DNA of 64,000 nucleotides from an uncultured Bacteroidales bacterium (GTDB lineage Bacteria; Bacteroidota; Bacteroidia; Bacteroidales; SZUA-534): NCBI GenBank assembly GCA_902790595.1, contig CADASL010000011.1, positions 35,861 to 99,860 of the forward strand, read 5' to 3'. Shown piece by piece: positions 60,517 to 64,000 of this stretch (position 1 is its first letter; each line of letters starts with the position of its first letter). The notes under the pieces were generated by a model. It saw only the letters and a program-made list of their open reading frames with translations, ran no database searches and was not told where the DNA came from. The position numbers and the translations under genes were made by a program.

Positions 60517-61359
60517 CTACGGAACGACAACCGACCGCTGCGCGCCGCCAATTCTGAACCTGGCCCGCACAACCGACGAGGCCTGAAAACACCCCAACGC
60601 CGACGGGCGGATGTTGCTTTTGGGATTGGTCAGCGGAGGCTGAATGTTGCTGTATTTTGATGAGAATTGGTTCGAAAGCCCCGAAAAATACTCATACACA
60701 GTCGGCGACAGCGAGTAAACGCTTACCTCGACCACATCGCCAGACTCAAACGGATACGGAACGGTCATCTGATAGTTTTCCGACAGGTGCGAATCCTCGT
60801 AAAGCCATAGCGACAAACCGTCGTTCAACAGCTTGCCATTTTTCTCAACTTCAATACGATAGAGCTGCACCGAATCGGAATTCCGCCGCGAATAGACCGA
60901 CAGATAATATCCGATGGTATCGAAAATTGTGTAGCTGTTGCGATATTCAATAACAATGGAATCGACAAACGCACTTGGCGGCATACGCTCAACCGAGCTG
61001 TAATTGTTGCCATCCGCCTCAACAGTAAGCAGATAACTATCGCCAATCACGCCCCGCATATTGGCTGTCTGATACAATCCGGGGCCGGCGTTGTCAAGCG
61101 TGTAAGAATTTCCTCGGTTGTCGCGGACAATCACCAAAGCATCGTCAACAAACTCACAATCAGCACTATCGGTGGCACTAACCGAGCGCGAAACAACAAC
61201 CGTTGCAACCGAGTCGAGATTGGTAATTCGTCCCTCAATAACAATTATCGGCTCGCTATGGCCAAACTCGGCAAAGTCCGACGGTTCGTAACAGCCTGTG
61301 GTAAAAGCTGTTACAAACGCCACTATCGGCAATAGTATGTTTTTGCGAAACCTGCTCAT
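60517..61359 (-). CDS. DUF4249 family lipoprotein
   Basis: Lipobox TTG-C; IVIEGRITN, YLLTVEADG, SNI...ALGCFQAS; -7 element TATATTTG at 61368-61375. Confidence 0.8.
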   Translation of the reverse strand: MSRFRKNILLPIVAFVTAFTTGCYEPSDFAEFGHSEPIIVIEGRITNLDSVATVVVSRSVSATDSADCEFVDDALVIVRDNRGNSYTLDNAGPGLYQTANMRGVIGDSYLLTVEADGNNYSSVERMPPSAFVDSIVIEYRNSYTIFDTIGYYLSVYSRRNSDSVQLYRIEVEKNGKLLNDGLSLWLYEDSHLSENYQMTVPYPFESGDVVEVSVYSLSPTVYEYFSGLSNQFSSKYSNIQPPLTNPKSNIRPSALGCFQASSVVRARFRIGGAQRSVVVP

Positions 61360-61384
61360 TTCGGGTGCAAATATAGAGTTTAGA

Positions 61385-61445
61385 AGGCATTAGGCAAAAG
61401 GCACTAGGCATTAGTTTGGTGTTGGGGGTTAGGTGTTGGGGGTTA
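61385..61445. repeat. Heptamer AGGCA(TT/AA/CT/TT) x4 (61385-61412) and 14-mer GGTGTTGGGGGTTA x2 (61418-61445)
   Basis: Read directly from the intergenic sequence between divergent genes. Confidence 0.7.
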
Positions 61446-61499
61446 GTGTTAGTGTCAGCGTTTTCTGTTTATGTTATTTTTGCGAAAAAATTGCTTTCG

Positions 61500-62858
61500 A
61501 TGGGAATTGCTTTGCCAAACGATTTTGAAGCGCGGATGCGCGGGCAGATTGGTGCCGATTACGACCGTTTTACAGCGGCACTCGAACAGCCATTGCCGAC
61601 AAGCATACGACTCAACCCGCACAAAGACAGCACGTTGGCCGACACCAGTGATGTCGTGGCTTGGGAACCGCAAGGGCGTTATCTTGCCGAGCGGCCGGTC
61701 TTCACTCTCGACCCGCTGCTGCACGCCGGCGCCTACTACGTGCAGGAAGCAAGTTCGATGTTTGTCGGACACGTGTTGCGGCAAATTGCAGGCAATGAGC
61801 CAGATATGCGCATTCTCGACCTTTGCGCCGCGCCAGGTGGCAAAAGCACGCACTACGCGTCGCTCATTGGCAACGGCGGACTGCTTGTTTGTAACGAAGT
61901 GATTTCGAGCCGCGTTCCCGTGCTGAGCGAGAATCTGACCAAATGGGGCTGCCCCAACGCCATTGTCACCAGCAACGACCCGTCGGACTTCAGCCGCCTG
62001 ACCGGATTCTTCGATGTTGTGGCGGTTGACGCACCGTGCTCGGGGGAAGGAATGTTCCGCCGCGACCAGGTTGCCATCGACGAGTGGAACACCGCCAACA
62101 CCCGCATCTGCGCCCAGCGCCAACAACGCATTGTGGCCGATGTGTGGGACGCACTCAAACCCGGCGGCTACCTGATTTACAGCACTTGCACCTTCTGCCC
62201 CGACGAGGACGAAAACAATATGGCGTGGATAAAATCGACGTTTGCCGCCGAGCCTGTCGAAATCAGCATTGCGCCCGAATGGGGCGTCTCGCCGATTGAG
62301 AAAGACGGCTGCACCGGCTACCGCTTCATTCAGCACCTGACGCGCGGCGAAGGATTTTTCTGCTGCGTCTTCCGCAAAACCGACGGCAGCACGGCAACGC
62401 CTAAAAAACTGAAAACCAAACTCACACCCGTCCCCAAAAAGTTGGTTCAGCGCCTGAACGAGATGACCGACGGCACCGCTTTCGACTATTACCTGCGGAA
62501 CGACACCGCCATTGCCGTGCCGCAAGCCATTGCCACCGACGTGCTGACTGTGGCCGACAATCTGAATGTCAGGAAGATGGGAACGGCCGTGGCGCATATC
62601 TTTGGCGACAAATTGGCTCCAGAACACGAGTTAGCCCTGTCGTGGGCACTAAACCGGCAAACATTCAACGCCGTGGAACTTTCCCTACCCGACGCCCTGC
62701 GCTATCTGCACCGCGACAATATATTTATCGACGGCGCCCCCACAGGCTTCAACCTTGTAACATTCAATAATTTGCCATTGGGATGGATTAAAAACATCGG
62801 CAACCGCTGGAACAACCTTTATCCGCAAAACTGGAAGATTAGAATGAATGTGGAGTGA
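61500..62858 (+). CDS. rsmF: RsmF/NOP2-type 16S rRNA m5C methyltransferase
   Basis: YYVQEASSM, LDLCAAPGGKST, VDAPCSGEGMFR, YSTCT; ATG at 61500 with -7 element TATTTTTG at 61475-61482. Confidence 0.92.
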   Translation: MGIALPNDFEARMRGQIGADYDRFTAALEQPLPTSIRLNPHKDSTLADTSDVVAWEPQGRYLAERPVFTLDPLLHAGAYYVQEASSMFVGHVLRQIAGNEPDMRILDLCAAPGGKSTHYASLIGNGGLLVCNEVISSRVPVLSENLTKWGCPNAIVTSNDPSDFSRLTGFFDVVAVDAPCSGEGMFRRDQVAIDEWNTANTRICAQRQQRIVADVWDALKPGGYLIYSTCTFCPDEDENNMAWIKSTFAAEPVEISIAPEWGVSPIEKDGCTGYRFIQHLTRGEGFFCCVFRKTDGSTATPKKLKTKLTPVPKKLVQRLNEMTDGTAFDYYLRNDTAIAVPQAIATDVLTVADNLNVRKMGTAVAHIFGDKLAPEHELALSWALNRQTFNAVELSLPDALRYLHRDNIFIDGAPTGFNLVTFNNLPLGWIKNIGNRWNNLYPQNWKIRMNVE

Positions 62859-62898
62859 GGTTCAATAAGCAATACGGAATATACTGATTAACAATTCG

Positions 62899-63807
62899 TT
62901 AGGATTTCGGCTTTTTATAGGCATCCAACACTTTTTTTGCATCCTCTTTCATCTGTTCTGCGAGCCACTTTGGCTTCAAAACGACAATGTCTGCGCCCAT
63001 TGCGCGAAGTTCCTGAATAAAATCGGCAGTAGGAACAATGGTAAATTCAAATTGGCCTTCGGCAGTTTCACGCTGCGAATGGTGCAATGGCAATGAGCGT
63101 AAATAGTTGATACGAAACTCGTTTGCCCGAATAATCACCTGCTCAACGGGCTTGTCTTCTGGCATTGCGCCAACGTAACGGCTGAAATAATCGTAAGCAT
63201 CAAAACCTTCGGGTAGCGAAAAAAATTGGTCGGTTATTTGGGCAGATTGCATTCGGTCTAGCGCATACAATCGCAAGTTGCCGTTATCGGTGCGCTTCGA
63301 AAGCAAGTACCAGCGCTGTTGATAATAGCGCAGACAAAATGGCTGAACATCAAATGTATAGGCTTGCCGCATTGTGAAGTTTTGATAGGTGATTTGCAGA
63401 ATACGATTGTCTGTCAAAGCCTCGACAATCACTTGCAGGAATTGATTGGAAGCGGCAGGAACGTCTTCAAGCACTATGCGCGAACGGATTTTGGATGTAT
63501 TGTGCAGCAAATTGCTGACGGAAAACAACTGCAACATATAACGGCGAGCTGAATTTTGCCCAGCGCCGTCAAAATCAATAAAATATCTATTGCCGTCCTT
63601 CTTGCTGCAAGCAATTTCGATATCGAAAAGTTCCGCTATCGCGTCGCGCATACGAATGAAAGTGCGACGCGGAATCTCATCATCGTGGGTTTCATTTAAA
63701 TGCGACGACGCCCATTCGCGGTCAATCTGCTCCTTTGTGAGCGAGCCGCGCTTGTTTAGCAAATCAATCAGCCAAATGTATCGGTGGAATGTGTTTACAG
63801 GTGTCAT
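62899..63807 (-). CDS. WYL-domain transcriptional regulator
   Basis: N-terminal wHTH (RYIWLIDLL...IPRRTFIRMRDAIAELF); WYL core VQPFCLRYYQQRWYLL...YALDRM; WCX tail. Confidence 0.92.
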   Translation of the reverse strand: MTPVNTFHRYIWLIDLLNKRGSLTKEQIDREWASSHLNETHDDEIPRRTFIRMRDAIAELFDIEIACSKKDGNRYFIDFDGAGQNSARRYMLQLFSVSNLLHNTSKIRSRIVLEDVPAASNQFLQVIVEALTDNRILQITYQNFTMRQAYTFDVQPFCLRYYQQRWYLLSKRTDNGNLRLYALDRMQSAQITDQFFSLPEGFDAYDYFSRYVGAMPEDKPVEQVIIRANEFRINYLRSLPLHHSQRETAEGQFEFTIVPTADFIQELRAMGADIVVLKPKWLAEQMKEDAKKVLDAYKKPKS

Positions 63808-64000
63808 TGCTAAAGCATTTAAGGTTCAAACTTTTCTTCTGCATAATTCCAAAAAACGATGCCCGCAATATGCTTTGCAATATAGTCTTGCAGAGGCTCG
63901 TCTGTCGGCGGAGCATCATCAATCCATTTCACCTTCAACGCACCAAAATTGTTTTTAATCGCAAGTAATTCCAATGTATACAGGTAACGGCGTAACACTC

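Overview
Chromosomal window of a Bacteroidota bacterium, probably Bacteroidales-like. Evidence: TAnnTTTG -7 promoter elements, the tRNA-Thr/Tyr/Gly/Thr-tuf-tRNA-Trp-secE-nusG-rplKAJL-rpoBC-DUF3467 order, rpsU-xerC-hpf, porG-uppS-bamA-skp-skp-murI and GS-III. About 8.4-49 kb and 53.5-63 kb are mostly housekeeping: transcription/translation core, Na+-translocating decarboxylase oadGAB, outer-membrane and T9SS-related genes, glnA, pfk, ddl, rsmF. Two accessory zones stand out. (1) 1-8.3 kb, all on the minus strand downstream of rpoC-DUF3467: a coupled DUF3791/DUF3990 three-gene module (ADP-ribosyltransferase-like), an ORF6N-PLD gene, a ~150-nt nested-hairpin leader with overlapping terminator/antiterminator potential, two LPP20-like envelope proteins, a 3xFn3-like lipoprotein, an AbiC-like membrane gene and a BspA-type LRR protein running off the left edge. 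(2) 49.7-53.3 kb: one ~1200-aa secreted collagen / 40-aa-repeat / beta-roll / Peptidase_S74 fibre gene, split by a 26-bp deletion inside a tandem repeat. Other oddities are three tandem PorG-like genes, two PorE-like TPR-PD40 genes lacking OmpA, a GldL/GldM-N-like fusion divergent from an output-less HAMP-GAF sensor, a nested REP/MITE, a tRNA-Gly with a compensatory A19-U56 elbow pair, and a WYL regulator at the right edge. No CRISPR array, rRNA, transposase or prophage was seen. Family names come from motif recognition by eye, not from database searches.
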